A model generated the notes under the pieces. The model saw nothing but the letters and a program-made list of their open reading frames with translations. It did no database searches and was not told the origin of the DNA. Both the position numbers and the translations under genes were made by a program. Below, piece after piece: positions 1 through 12,400 of a stretch of 48,937 bases of DNA. Origin of the DNA: Octopus bimaculoides (lineage: Eukaryota); contig NC_068996.1 in the NCBI RefSeq assembly GCF_001194135.2, positions 52,509,864-52,558,800 on the forward strand, in the 5' to 3' direction. Positions within the stretch are counted from its first letter, which is position 1; the number at the start of each line of letters is the position of its first letter.

Positions 1-236
1 GGCACATAAAAGACACCATTTCGAGCGTGGCCGTTTTCATGCGGGTGACACGTAAAAGCACCCACTACACTCTCTGAGTGGTTGGCGTTAGGAAGGGCAT
101 CCAGCTGTAGAAACTCTGCCAAATCAGACTGGAGCCTGGTGTTGCCATCCGGTTTCACCAGTCCTCAGTCAAATCGTCCAACCCATGCTAGCATGGAAAG
201 CGGACGTTAAACGATGATGATGATGATGATGATGAT
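1..236 (+). mobile_element. 3' end of a young RTE-LINE-related element with (GAT)n tail
   Basis: Ends ...catggaaagcggacgttaaac(gat)n. The same 3' end is contiguous with RTE coding relics at 7668-8860 and 37820-38840. Confidence 0.8.
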
Positions 237-312
237 GACAGATAAATATTTTTTCCCTTCAAACGAAACACAATTTATGTTCTAAAACTGAGTAAATCTT
301 TTTTTTTTCCAG

Positions 313-391
313 GGTATTATTGGAAATGATCAACGACATTATGTTCTAGATCTTCTGAGAACATTTCCTCCTGATGTTAATTTTCTTCCAG
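313..391 (+). CDS. CLUH: CLUH exon ([26 protein letters not shown])
   Basis: ttccag acceptor and gtaaga donor; Clu-domain motif; phase 0 to 1. Confidence 0.96.
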
Positions 392-2431
392 GTAAGATGA
401 ATTTGGTCAGTGAAGTCTTGAGGTGAGATGAGGAGAATAAGTTTGTGTGAGGGGGTGGTAGTGGAGAGAGTAAAAGATCCAGAAGCTTGCTTCCCAACCA
501 AGTGGTCTTGAGGTTTCACACCACTTTGGGCAAGTGTCTTCTACTATAGCACTGGGCCAACCAAAGCCTCATGAAGAGATTTGATAGATGGAAACAGAGA
601 GAAGCTTATTTGTGTGTGTACATTGTGTATATGTACTCTTGTCTTCACACCATATGATGGTTGTAAACAAACATCACCAACATACAAGTGATGTTGTTTC
701 CAATCTTCCATGGAAAGCATGTCTGGTGATATGGAAATACTACCTTATTTGGAAACAGGTGAGAGTTGGTGAACAGGAGTGTCATCCACCCAAATTCTAT
801 CTGACCCATGTAGTCACGGAAAAGTGGATGTTAAATGTGATGATGATACGCATGTGCATGCATATGTATATATATTTATGTTCCTATGTATCATCATCAT
901 TTAACATCCATTGTCCATGCTGGCATGGGTTGGATGATTTGACCAGGGCTGGCTGGTAATGGATGCTTTTACGTGCCACTAATGCAATTTTACTTGGCTT
1001 GATGGGTCTTCTCAAGCACAGTATAATGCCATATGGACTCGGTCATTGCCTCCGTAAGGCCCAGCACTCAAAAGGTGCTTTTTATGTGCCACTGGCACAG
1101 GTGCCAGTTATGGGACACCAGCATCAGCCATTTTCCAGGCCTTCCAGACCTGTTTCTTTGTTCTAATGGCCCTGTCTACAGCATTGTTCCACCACCATGT
1201 CACCCTAGGTCTGGATGGGACTTAGCATATATATGAATATATATGTATGCATACATATATACATATATATGTATAGATGCATATTCTTTATTAGCAGTAT
1301 TGGTTCAGAATTGCATTTTGTATATCTTACTTAATGTGAATATGCTATACAAAGTCACAAAACTATAGTATACCTACACAAGTATACCTGGAATTAATGC
1401 TGGTGACAGTGATTAATGACTGCTTTTAAGATTTACCTGAAACTAAAAGCATTTTTAAAATCCATTCTAAAATCAAATTTTTTTTCTCTTCAGTTGATGA
1501 AAATGAATTGAGCAAAGAATTAAGGTCATATGGTTTTCCTCGTCCACATAAACATAAATTGGCCTGCTTACGCCAGGAATTAACAGAAGCATTTGTTGAG
1601 TAAGTATATGTTAACTTTTAAAATCCCATAATACTTTTCTCCAAATAAATTTTCTAATACCTGTATAAAATTCATAGAAATGTAACTATTGCATGAATTT
1701 GGATGAAGTTTGCTGATATGATGAATTGGTTGCTGGAGAACATTGTGAATAGGGTTTTTACCTGTTGTCATGTCATGTTCACCTGCCCAGATAGGTTTAT
1801 TACAGTTAAATTGATGACATGTTGATATTTTCAATTATATTTATAAGATATCTGTTCCTGTTAATTGATTTCCTGTCTCTGAGCTGAATAAGACTTTTGT
1901 CATCTTGCAGCTACAGTAGTAGACACTTGCCCAAGGTGTCATGCAGAGGGACTGAACCTGGAAATATGTGATTGGGAAGTAAACTTCTTACCACACAGCT
2001 ATACTTTTGCTTTGTTATCTCTACTTTTATCAACTGCACAATCCAATTACACTAACCAGTGTCTTGCAGTAGATTATCTTTTTAGTCCTGTCTGACAATT
2101 CTGTGTATTTGTGTCCTGTAACTTCGGTGGTTAATGGATCTATTTGGAAATTGATTAATACTTTTAGCACTGATATCATTAAAAAAAAAAGGATGAGGTA
2201 CATTCTGTAAAGTGGAAGGGCATCCAGCCAGAGAAGCCATCGGAGCATGAGGCAGTCCTTGCACCCATCAGATCCTGTAAAAACCATCCAACCCATGCCA
2301 ACATGGAACATCATCATCATCATCATCATCATCGTTTAACGTCCGCTTTCCATGCTAGCATGGGTTGGACGGCTTGACTGAGGACTGGCAAGCCAGAAGG
2401 CTGCACCAGGCTCCAATCTGATTTGGCAGAG

Positions 2432-2464
<33 letters not shown>

Positions 2465-5400
2465 GAATGTAGTCATTCTGATATTGTGGATATTCCAGTT
2501 GTTTGTCTTTAAAAAATATTTGGGTGTCTATAATATTGATGATTTTATTTGTCTGATTGTATCTTGACATTTCAATCCTGTTTTCTTTGCATTGTACGAT
2601 TATTTCGACTCAGTCATTTGTTGAATGAAACAATAAATTAGACTATTATTTTGTTGTAAACTAATCAGTTATGTAAATATGGACACAATTGTTCAACCCT
2701 TTAGCATTTAAGTCATCCATACCCAGCCCAAATATTCTACTTATGTTCAAACTGGCAAGATATATCCTCTCACACCTACCCTACAATGTCATTCTAAAAG
2801 TAAACTTATTACATCATTGAAACCTCAAAGCTATGAGATAATGCAGGATTAATTTAAAAGAATGTGGATAAATAGGCATTACATTTGACAGAATAATCTG
2901 AATGCTGAAAGATTAACCTGGCCGCATTAAGTCCAAATATTCTACCCGTTTTATGTTAAAACTGACCAGATTCAGTTTCTCAAACTAACCCTACACTGTC
3001 ATTGTAAAATTTAACAAATTTTGAAGTTAGAAGAAAATGCATGATTAATTCAAAACAATGTGAATAAATATTACATTTGACTGAGTAATCTGAATGTTAA
3101 AGGGTTAAGATATATTTAAGTATTTTTGTTGCAACAAATTCTTTAATGTTCTTTGGATATTATTTCTCAGAAACAGACACATGATATTTGTGAGGAATGC
3201 AGCATTGGAATTCAAAGCAAAAAGAGAAAAAACTGACAAACAGTCGGAAGATAAGAAACAGGTATTTTCTAAAATCTAATTCATTTTAAATAACTTTTGT
3301 CTTTTTTTTTCAAACTGGGGTTGATCTTTCGGTATGTTAAGAATGACGAATGACAGGAGTTAGAAAAGAGGACCAAAGAACAACAAGGGAAGACAGGGAA
3401 AATTATAAAAGAAAGATATCTGACAATTAGGTGCAATATAGACATGTGATCTTTGGTTCAGCCCCACTGTGTGACACCTGAGACAAGATTCTTCAAATAT
3501 AGCTCCAGACTGACTAAAGCCTTGTAATTGGATTTGATAGAAGGAAATTGAAAGAAGCTTGTCATGTGTGTTTACACACACACACACAATTACTGAAACA
3601 AGTAAATGGTAAAAAGGTAAAATTAATTTTGGGTGGAAATGTTGTAAAGCTGAAATTTGATGTTGCGGAAGGAAAGTTCAAAGTTTGGAGATTATTTCTT
3701 GTCTATGCAGGAAATATCATTATGAAGATCTGCTAAAGGTATAAACCTGATACTTATTCTTTTGGATACTTTTGCCAAACTGCTAAGTTACAGGGACATA
3801 TACAGACCAGTACTAGTTAAGTAATCACGGATACACACACACACACACGCACACACACACACACACACATGTGAACACTTAAGTGCAAAACAAGGTGGAA
3901 AAAATGATGCTTGAATATGAAAGGTAGAGTAATATGCTTTTATTAAAACTGCAAAATTATCACAAAAACTGTTACTCAGAGCTTCGTGTTTTTGTTTGTC
4001 GGACAGTTGTGATGAAAACTGTGTGTGTATGATAAGCTTCTTTGAGTTTCCTTCCACTAGATCCACTCAAGGCTTTAGTCAGCCCGGGGCTATAGCAGAC
4101 AATACTTGCCCATGGTATCATACAGTGGGACTGAAACCCTGAATCTGGAACCATGTGGTTGGGGAGGCAAACTTCTTGCCACACCTGCATCAACGGGGAA
4201 AAATATGAGGATTGATAATTCAACAAATCTCTGTCCATCCAAGAAAAATGTGTGAATATTTTTTTTTCTAACATATCTCAGTAAAGAATACAAAGATTGA
4301 TGTAACAAGAAATCTGAGATAAAGACACACTTTTGTCACATAGGTTGTCATTCACAAATTGCTCTCATAAATATACAAATAAATATAACAGTAATGATAG
4401 ATAGATATGAAGAGTTGGCTCCAGTAGTATAAAAATTAGAAAACAATGTTAATCACATAATAATGTGGAACAAAGATGTAGATTATGTTGATCAGTTTCA
4501 AATGGTTAAAATAATAAATGATATTAATATTAAAGGTAGTGTTACATTAATATTCCTTCCTTTTGTCTTTTTCTAGGCAAATTCTGTGATAAAAACTGAT
4601 TCCTTAACTGAAGAAAGTGCAACAGATGTAGTGAAAAAAATTGTTGAAGCACTTAATGGAAATAATGAAACATGTAAGTGTTTTATATATAAACAACATA
4701 TTTTTACAGGGAGAAAAAAAAAAACATTAAAAGTATAAAAGATCAAATTATTGAGGGGGGCGTGGAAAGCCCATAAGTACCTCACCAAAGATACAAAGAC
4801 AAAGAAAAAAAAGGGAGCAGAAGATGGGAAGGAGGGAGTAACAGGTTGTACACCCCAGGACAAATGGCGTGTTTAGTTGTGCCTAGCAGAGGTGCAGCAG
4901 ACATGATTGTAAAGGTGTTGCCATGGAGAATGGCCAGTGACAGCCCACCTCAAGGGACTTGTTTCTCAGATTGGCTGCTGCAGCCACCCCACCATAAGGG
5001 ACTCATTTCTTAGACAGGCTGCAGCTATCCCAATTTTGGAATGGAAATTGGCAGTGTGAGGTCCAAGAACATCTGAGGCACAAACTGATAGCAGCCAGTC
5101 AGGCTCCTGTATTTGTTAATTTTTCTCTTCTCTGAATTTCTGGAACCACCATTGACACTGGCTTATGCTTATTGTCTGATCCCCATATACTGCATTAATA
5201 TTCCTTGTACTTTCCATTGTGTTGTTGCCTTTATTGAACTCGTATGCCATTGAAATGTAACCATTGAAATGTAACCATTGAAATGACAATGGCTATATAG
5301 TAATAGCGCAAGGACATGGACATAGAATTACTGGTGAACAAGGAATAATGAACTCCTTGTTCTTTTTAGAATGTCTGCCTAGGAAATGGATACTTTGGTT

Positions 5401-7589
5401 TAACCCTTTAGCCTTCACCTTATTCTATCAAAAATAATGCCTATTTATATCCACATTGGCTTGAATTAATCATGCATTATCTCATAGCTTTGAGATTTTG
5501 ATAAGGACTTGATGGGGATGCTGGGGTTGGAGGAATCAGTGGAATGGTTGGCAAGGGCGAATGGAGTGCGGTGGTATAGGCATGTGTTGAGGAGGGGTGA
5601 GGAGCATGTTCTGAAGTGGGGGATAGTTTGAGGTAAATGGACAGTGAAAGTGAGATAGACTGAGGAAGATGTGGAGGAGGCGATTAGGAGGGTTGGTTTG
5701 AAAAAGGAGGATGCCCAAAACCTGGCGAGACGGTGTGAGGGCAGTTGCTATGGCATTGAGGTAGATCCAGCCACCCTCGTTAACGGGGACAAAACTCAGA
5801 TTTAAAACACTTGATGATGATGATGATAACTGTTAAGTTTTAGAATGATATTGTAGGATAGGTGTGAGAGGCTGGATCTGGCAAGTTTCAGCATAAAATG
5901 GGGAGAATATTTTGGCTGGATGTGGCTGGTTTAAATGCTAAAGTGTTAAAATTTGAAGATCATTCAGTGTGAGGTCTTTCCAGCCAGTGCCAGGATACTG
6001 GGAGGGAAGTTGTCCTGTCTAAAAGGTGAGTGCAGTTCTGTGTATGCTTTGGTCACTGCTAATCACTGAGGAAAAAAGAAGTCCAGTGGTGATGAGAAGT
6101 TATGGAACTTAGAGGTTTGATTAACTGGAAGTATGTCATTGTAAACCTACAAGCATGTGACTTGGGGTATTGGTCACTTTTTTTCCAAACTATGGCAAAG
6201 GAAAGGCTGAGTGACTGAGCAGCCTTTTCCAAAGATAGCACAGCTCACCTGTTTATCTACATCAACTTAGAAATGGTGATCTAAATACAGTTTATCTAAT
6301 TCTTTCTCTCTCTATCTTTCTACAGATGCTTGACTTTATCCTTTTTTTGTTTTTCTTAACCAGGAAAACATTTTTAAATGTATTTTTATCATTATTTTTA
6401 GTTGTTGAAAATGGAAAAGAAATTATAAAGAAGGCTGCTAGCTCTGTTGGTTCATTGTCTGATTCAGGTATGGTCATTTATTGTAATTTTTGTCTACTTG
6501 TCTCGCTCTCTGCTTGTCTTTCTATCATCAGCTGAAACTGTTAAAAGAATTAAAATAATTGCCTTTGATTGTTTAATATTTTTATACATTTATTGACCCT
6601 TTAGCATTCAGATTACTCAGTCAAATGTAATGTTTATTTATTCACATTGTTTGCCATTTATCATGCATTATCTTGTAGCTTCAAGATTTTGATGATGTGG
6701 CTGCCTACTTTTAGAATAACATTGTAGGATAGGTGTAAAAGGCTGGATCTGGCTAGTTTGAACATGAAATAGATGGAATATTTGGGCTGTATATGAGCCG
6801 CTTTAAATGTTAAAGAGCTGAAGTAAAATATATATGATCTGATTTGTTACTTCATATGTAGAAGGAATATTATTGGAAACTGTGTTACTCCTGGATTACA
6901 GTTAATAAGTTATTAAATTTTAAACTAATTTTTAATCAGATTACAGCTAATGAGTTATTAAATTTTAAACTAATTTTTAATCTTCTAACATGCAAATATT
7001 GAGAGTGTCAATGAAACTGTTTAGTGGAACCAGAGAAAAATAATGTTAGATAGTTTTGGTTGAGAAGATACAAGATAATCTGAAATAGTATTTTGTTTCC
7101 AATTATTAGTAGTTTCTAATATTGGTTCATTTGATTTTCATATTTTTCTAGAATTTTCAATTGCATTTAACCCAGATGTATTTCAACCACATGTAAATCA
7201 TACAGATGCTGATGTAAGTTTGTTTTTTCTCTTATTTTCAAAACTGCATTTAAGTGTGAGACTAGCTTGGAGTAATAACATATAATGTGTGTGTGTGTGC
7301 ATGTGTGTAAAATAAACAATTTTAGTGAATTGACAATCCAGATGTTAAATTCTTGATATGATTGCTTCTAGTTTATTTAAATGATCTTAAAAATCTCTGA
7401 GCTTCAATTTGTGATAATACTGCATATAACAAAGGACAGTATTGTCATCAGCTTATTGGAGTTCTGTTGTGTATGTGTTGGATGTTTAGATACTTTCTTT
7501 CTCTCCCCTATACCTCTTTCAGGACACATTCTTGTGTGAAATCTGTGGAGAAAACTATGGAAGCTGGTCAAGTATTTATTGCTTATGAA

Positions 7590-7620
<31 letters not shown>

Positions 7621-9075
7621 TTATGAATGTCTATTGTCTTTGAATTGATAGTTTTCATATCCTGTTGAGCATCATCATCATTATTTAACGTCTGTTTTCC
7701 ATGCTGGCATGGGTTGGACGGTTCGACTGGGGTCTGGCAAGCCAGGAGTCTGCACCAGATCCCAGTCTGATTTGGCAGTGTTTCTCCAGCTGGATGCCCT
7801 TCCTTATGCCAACCACTCCGAGAGTGTAGTGGGTGCTTTTTACATGCCAGTGGCACAGGGGCCAGAGGAGCTGGCATCAACCACGATCAGATGGTGCTTT
7901 TTACATGCCACTGGCACTGGCATTGGCCACATTCGGATAGTGCTTTTTACGTGCTACTGGCACGGGGCTCCCAACTAAAATTTCCATTTGATTTGATTTT
8001 GATATTGCTGATGTTGATGTACTTGACTCAATAGGTCTCCTCAAGCATGGCATGTCACCCTACAATCCAAAGTACTTTTGAGTGGGCTGGTTATGTGACA
8101 CTGGTGTAGTTTACAGCTGTGACTCACTTTATTTGCCAGGTCTTCTCAGTCACAGCATATCTCCAGAGGTCTCAGTCTTTTGTCATTGCCTCTGTGAGGC
8201 CCAACGTTTGAAGGTCATGCTTCACCACCTCATCCCATGTTATCCTGGGTCTCCCTCTACCCCAGATTCCTTCCACTATGAGAGTGGCACTTCTTCACAC
8301 GGCTCTCCTCATCCATCTGCAGTACATGACCATACCAACGCAAACGTCTCCCTTGCATGCCACATCCGATGCTGCTTATGTCTAACATTTCTCTCAGAGC
8401 GCTTACACTCTGTCATGTGTGCTCACTGACAATACACATCCAGTGGATCATGCTAGCTTTATTTCTTTCAAGCCTACACATGTCTTCAGCAGTCATGGCC
8501 CATGTTTCACTGCCGTGAAGCATGGCAGTTTGCACACACGCATCGTACAATCTACCTTTCAATGTGAGCAAGAGGCCCTTTGTCACCAGTAGAGGTAGGA
8601 GCTTTCTGAACTTTGCCCAGGTTATTCTTTATTCTAGTGGTACCACTTTCTGAGCATCCACCCCCACTACAGACTTGGTCCCCTAGGTAGCGGAAGCTAT
8701 CAACTATTTCTAGTTTCTCCCTCTGGCATATGACGGAGTCTGTTTTCTGAGCATCTGTGGTGTTTATTGCCCCTGTGCATCTGCTGCACACAAAAGCTAT
8801 TTTCCTGGTTAATCTTCCTTTGATGTTGCTGCACCTCATATATGTCCACTGGGTACATCTTATGGAGTTTCTACCTACACCTTTTGTTTTATATTATATT
8901 TAGCAATCTTATTCTAAAAGCTTGAATGATTTTAAAAGTTGTTTTCTTTGTAGGATCATCAATTAGGAAAAGAAAAACAATTAGTGAAAGATGCTGCAGA
9001 ATTTCTTGTATTGCACCATATTCCATCTTTTGTGAGTAATCCTCAATTGTTTTGTGATATTATTGTAGATAGACT

Positions 9076-9107
<32 letters not shown>

Positions 9108-9132
9108 TCTCTCTCTCTCTCTCTCTTTCTCT

Positions 9133-9179
<47 letters not shown>

Positions 9180-9372
9180 TTTACTTGTTTCGGTCATTTG
9201 ACTGCGGCCATGCTGGAGCACCGCTTTTAGTCGAGCAAATCGACCCCAGGACTTATTCTTTGTAAGCCTGGTACTTATTCTATCACTCTCTTGCCAAACC
9301 GCTAAGTTATGGGGATGTAAACACACCAACATTGGTTGTCAAGCAACAGTGGGAGGGACATACACACCTACA

Positions 9373-9410
<38 letters not shown>

Positions 9411-12400
9411 ATGGGCTTATTTCAGTTTCCATCTACCAAATCCACTCACTAGACTTTGGTCAGCTCAAGGTTATAGCAGAAGACATTTGCCCAAGGTACC
9501 ACGCAGTGGGACTGAACCTGGAACCATGTGGTTGGGAAGCAAGCTTCTTATCACACAGCCATGCCTGTGCCTATATATCATCATCATCATCGTTTAACGT
9601 CCGCTTTCCATGCTAGCATGGCTTGGACAATTTGACTGAGGACTAGTGAACCAGAAGGCTGCACCAGGCTCCAATCATATCTGGCAGAGTTTCTACAGCT
9701 GGATGCCCTTCCTAACGCCAACAGGATGCCCTTAAAGTAACAACAAAAGAATGAGATCCTGATATTAGATAAATAGAGGATCATATGTTATAATTTAGAA
9801 CAAACAGTAAAAAGTTGTCATTATAGTGCTCGGAGTGAAGAGCTACGATGCATTCTCGTTGGCTATTAATGGTAACAAACGCTATGAAAAAAAACCGTTG
9901 AATACAAGGGAAGTTACTCTAATAGATAGAAAAAGGAAAAAGATAGAAAATACACGCAACCATATTTTCATAATACATAGACATAAACCTCCTGCGTTCA
10001 CGACATCTGCATATGTACACATTCACACATGTATATGTACATGCACATACACACACGTGTATGTACATGTATAGTAATTTTATAAGACAATTCTAATCTA
10101 GCAAAAATGAAATGTATTTAATAAAATTTCGTGGACAAGTTCTCTGTAAGCTTTCTTCTAAGGTTATTCTGTGACTCCACCTTCAGCTGCGATGATTGTT
10201 TCAATGCAGAACCAGAATAGTTTACAAGCCTACACTGAATAGCTTTTACTTCAACTGGATAATGACAGCCTTCAGTGGAGCTATGGTGTTGTGAGGATGT
10301 TGATTAGTCTCCCTTTAAACAACACTCCAAACGTAGCAGTCCATAGCAAGTTTGGAGTTACATTATCATAAAATTACTGAGACCCTGTGGAAATATATGA
10401 TATGACTTTCTTTACTCACAATTTCTACAAACTCTGAGGACATCAGAAGCATCTGTACATAGCCATCTCTCATTTCTCTTGTTAGATTTTGGGTCTTGGT
10501 GAACCAAAGCATGCCATGTTTGTGGAGGGGTTTTAATCTTGGCATGGATCAAATGGGTTTCTGTGTCTTTGCAGAATTGGTCTCCCCTCAATACAGACGA
10601 CTTGTATTGAATGTCCACTCTGACACCAGAAGTTCTTTGGTGATGGCCCTTATTGATTTTCTGGGATCCATATCAATAAGGTTGGATGAGTTACTGTTTC
10701 CTGATAGTTCATTGAGAATGAAGTGTATCAAAGAAGGAGGGGGGACCCCTAAACATTCTCACGAGGGGCTTCCAATTCCATCTGAACTTTGTATACCAAA
10801 GATCTTGCAACATATAAAATGTTGTTTCTCACATACACACATGGCAATAATGACTTTCATTTCTTGTATTTTGTCTGCCATAGGAAAATCCTTTTAATTG
10901 GTTTGAAGAGAGTAATGTATTGATAATTGTCCACAAATACCACTTACACACTGCATATATGTGTATGTTTGTGTGTCTATAAGGGGATGCTGAGAAGTTC
11001 CTGGTTTTGGGTAAAAGAAAATACAGGAGGATCAGTTAATTATGATTTTATTCAACATATTCCCCTCTCAGATTCACCCACTTATTGCAGTGGCCCTTCA
11101 GTTTTTCTTGGAAGGTTGAGCCTCCAACCAGGCCTTTTGTGGTACCCTTAAAGTGAGGAATTTTTCAGCACCTCCTCATGTATGTGTGTGTGTGTGTATA
11201 TATACATACATATGTACGTACGTAGAGAGAGACAGATATTGACTTCATTTCATTCATTTATTTTTCAGGTAAATGATTGTCTGGACCACACTACATCAAT
11301 TATTGATGGAACCTCTTTAACAGATGCTATGCATCATCGGTATGTACCAGTTTTCTTTATTACTTTATATTATCCCTGTAACTCACAACATTCCACTCTT
11401 GTTTGCTTGATTTTTATTTTCCCATGCTTCAAAGCAACTGGGTCTTTGCACCTTTGGAATTTACTTCAGTATATATTTTTGCACCCGTGAAGAAACAGTC
11501 AGGTCATCTGTTGGTGATATTTGGGTCATTAATCCAGCTCATTTGGTTGAATGGTGGGAGTTGTAGGCTATTGGCATAAGTCAGAAATTAAAAGGATGAA
11601 AAGCTGGGGGTTTTTTTATTTTTTTTTTTTTGTAGGGGAGCTACATGGCTACCCACATAGAGGAGAGAGAGAGTGAAAAATGAATCGGCAGTAGCTGGAG
11701 AAAGGCAAAAAGTGGTGATGAGGTGTGTAGGGGCACCATTCAAAGAATTGTTCTTCCTTTATTTAACCATATTTTTTAACTTCTTTTCATCTCAACACAA
11801 ATCTTACTTTTAGTTTAGTTTATATGATAAAATTTTGTAAACACTGATGGATAAAACGTTTTTGTATGATTTTAATTTTTCGCTTTGTTTTACAGAGGAA
11901 TTAATATACGATACCTGGGATGTGTAGCTGATACAATTTCTAAATATCCTCAAATATCTTACCTGTATGTGAGTATCAAAAATACTTATAATCTTAATGT
12001 GGATAATATTGATTAAAAACTTCCTAATTATTTCTTTCTTATTCTAGAAACACTTAGATCTTAATTACTATTTTCAACAACAAAATAAAAAGTAAACAAA
12101 CACTTTTCTAATATCTTATCAAATAAGGCAGTGAGCTGGCAGAATTGTAACTGTGCTGCAAAAAATTCCAGTCGAATACTGGGATTGATATAATCAACTT
12201 GCCTCTGTCCTGAAATTGCCAGCCTTGTACCAAAATTTGAGAAAAAATATTTATTAATATGCATATTATTAACATTAATATTAATATGCATTTCAGCTCA
12301 AAAGCTGAGGCCATGCTGGGGCAAACTATTTTTTGTTTTTAATGTGATATTTTTTCATTTTTAGTAGTATTGACAGTAAAATAATGCTTTGGAGAATTTA

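Noticed and set aside
5247-6983. Small tandem duplications (14 bp x3 at 5247-5288; 45 bp x2 at 6894-6983)
   Set aside because: Ordinary slippage duplications in introns with no spacer structure; not CRISPR-like and no evident function.
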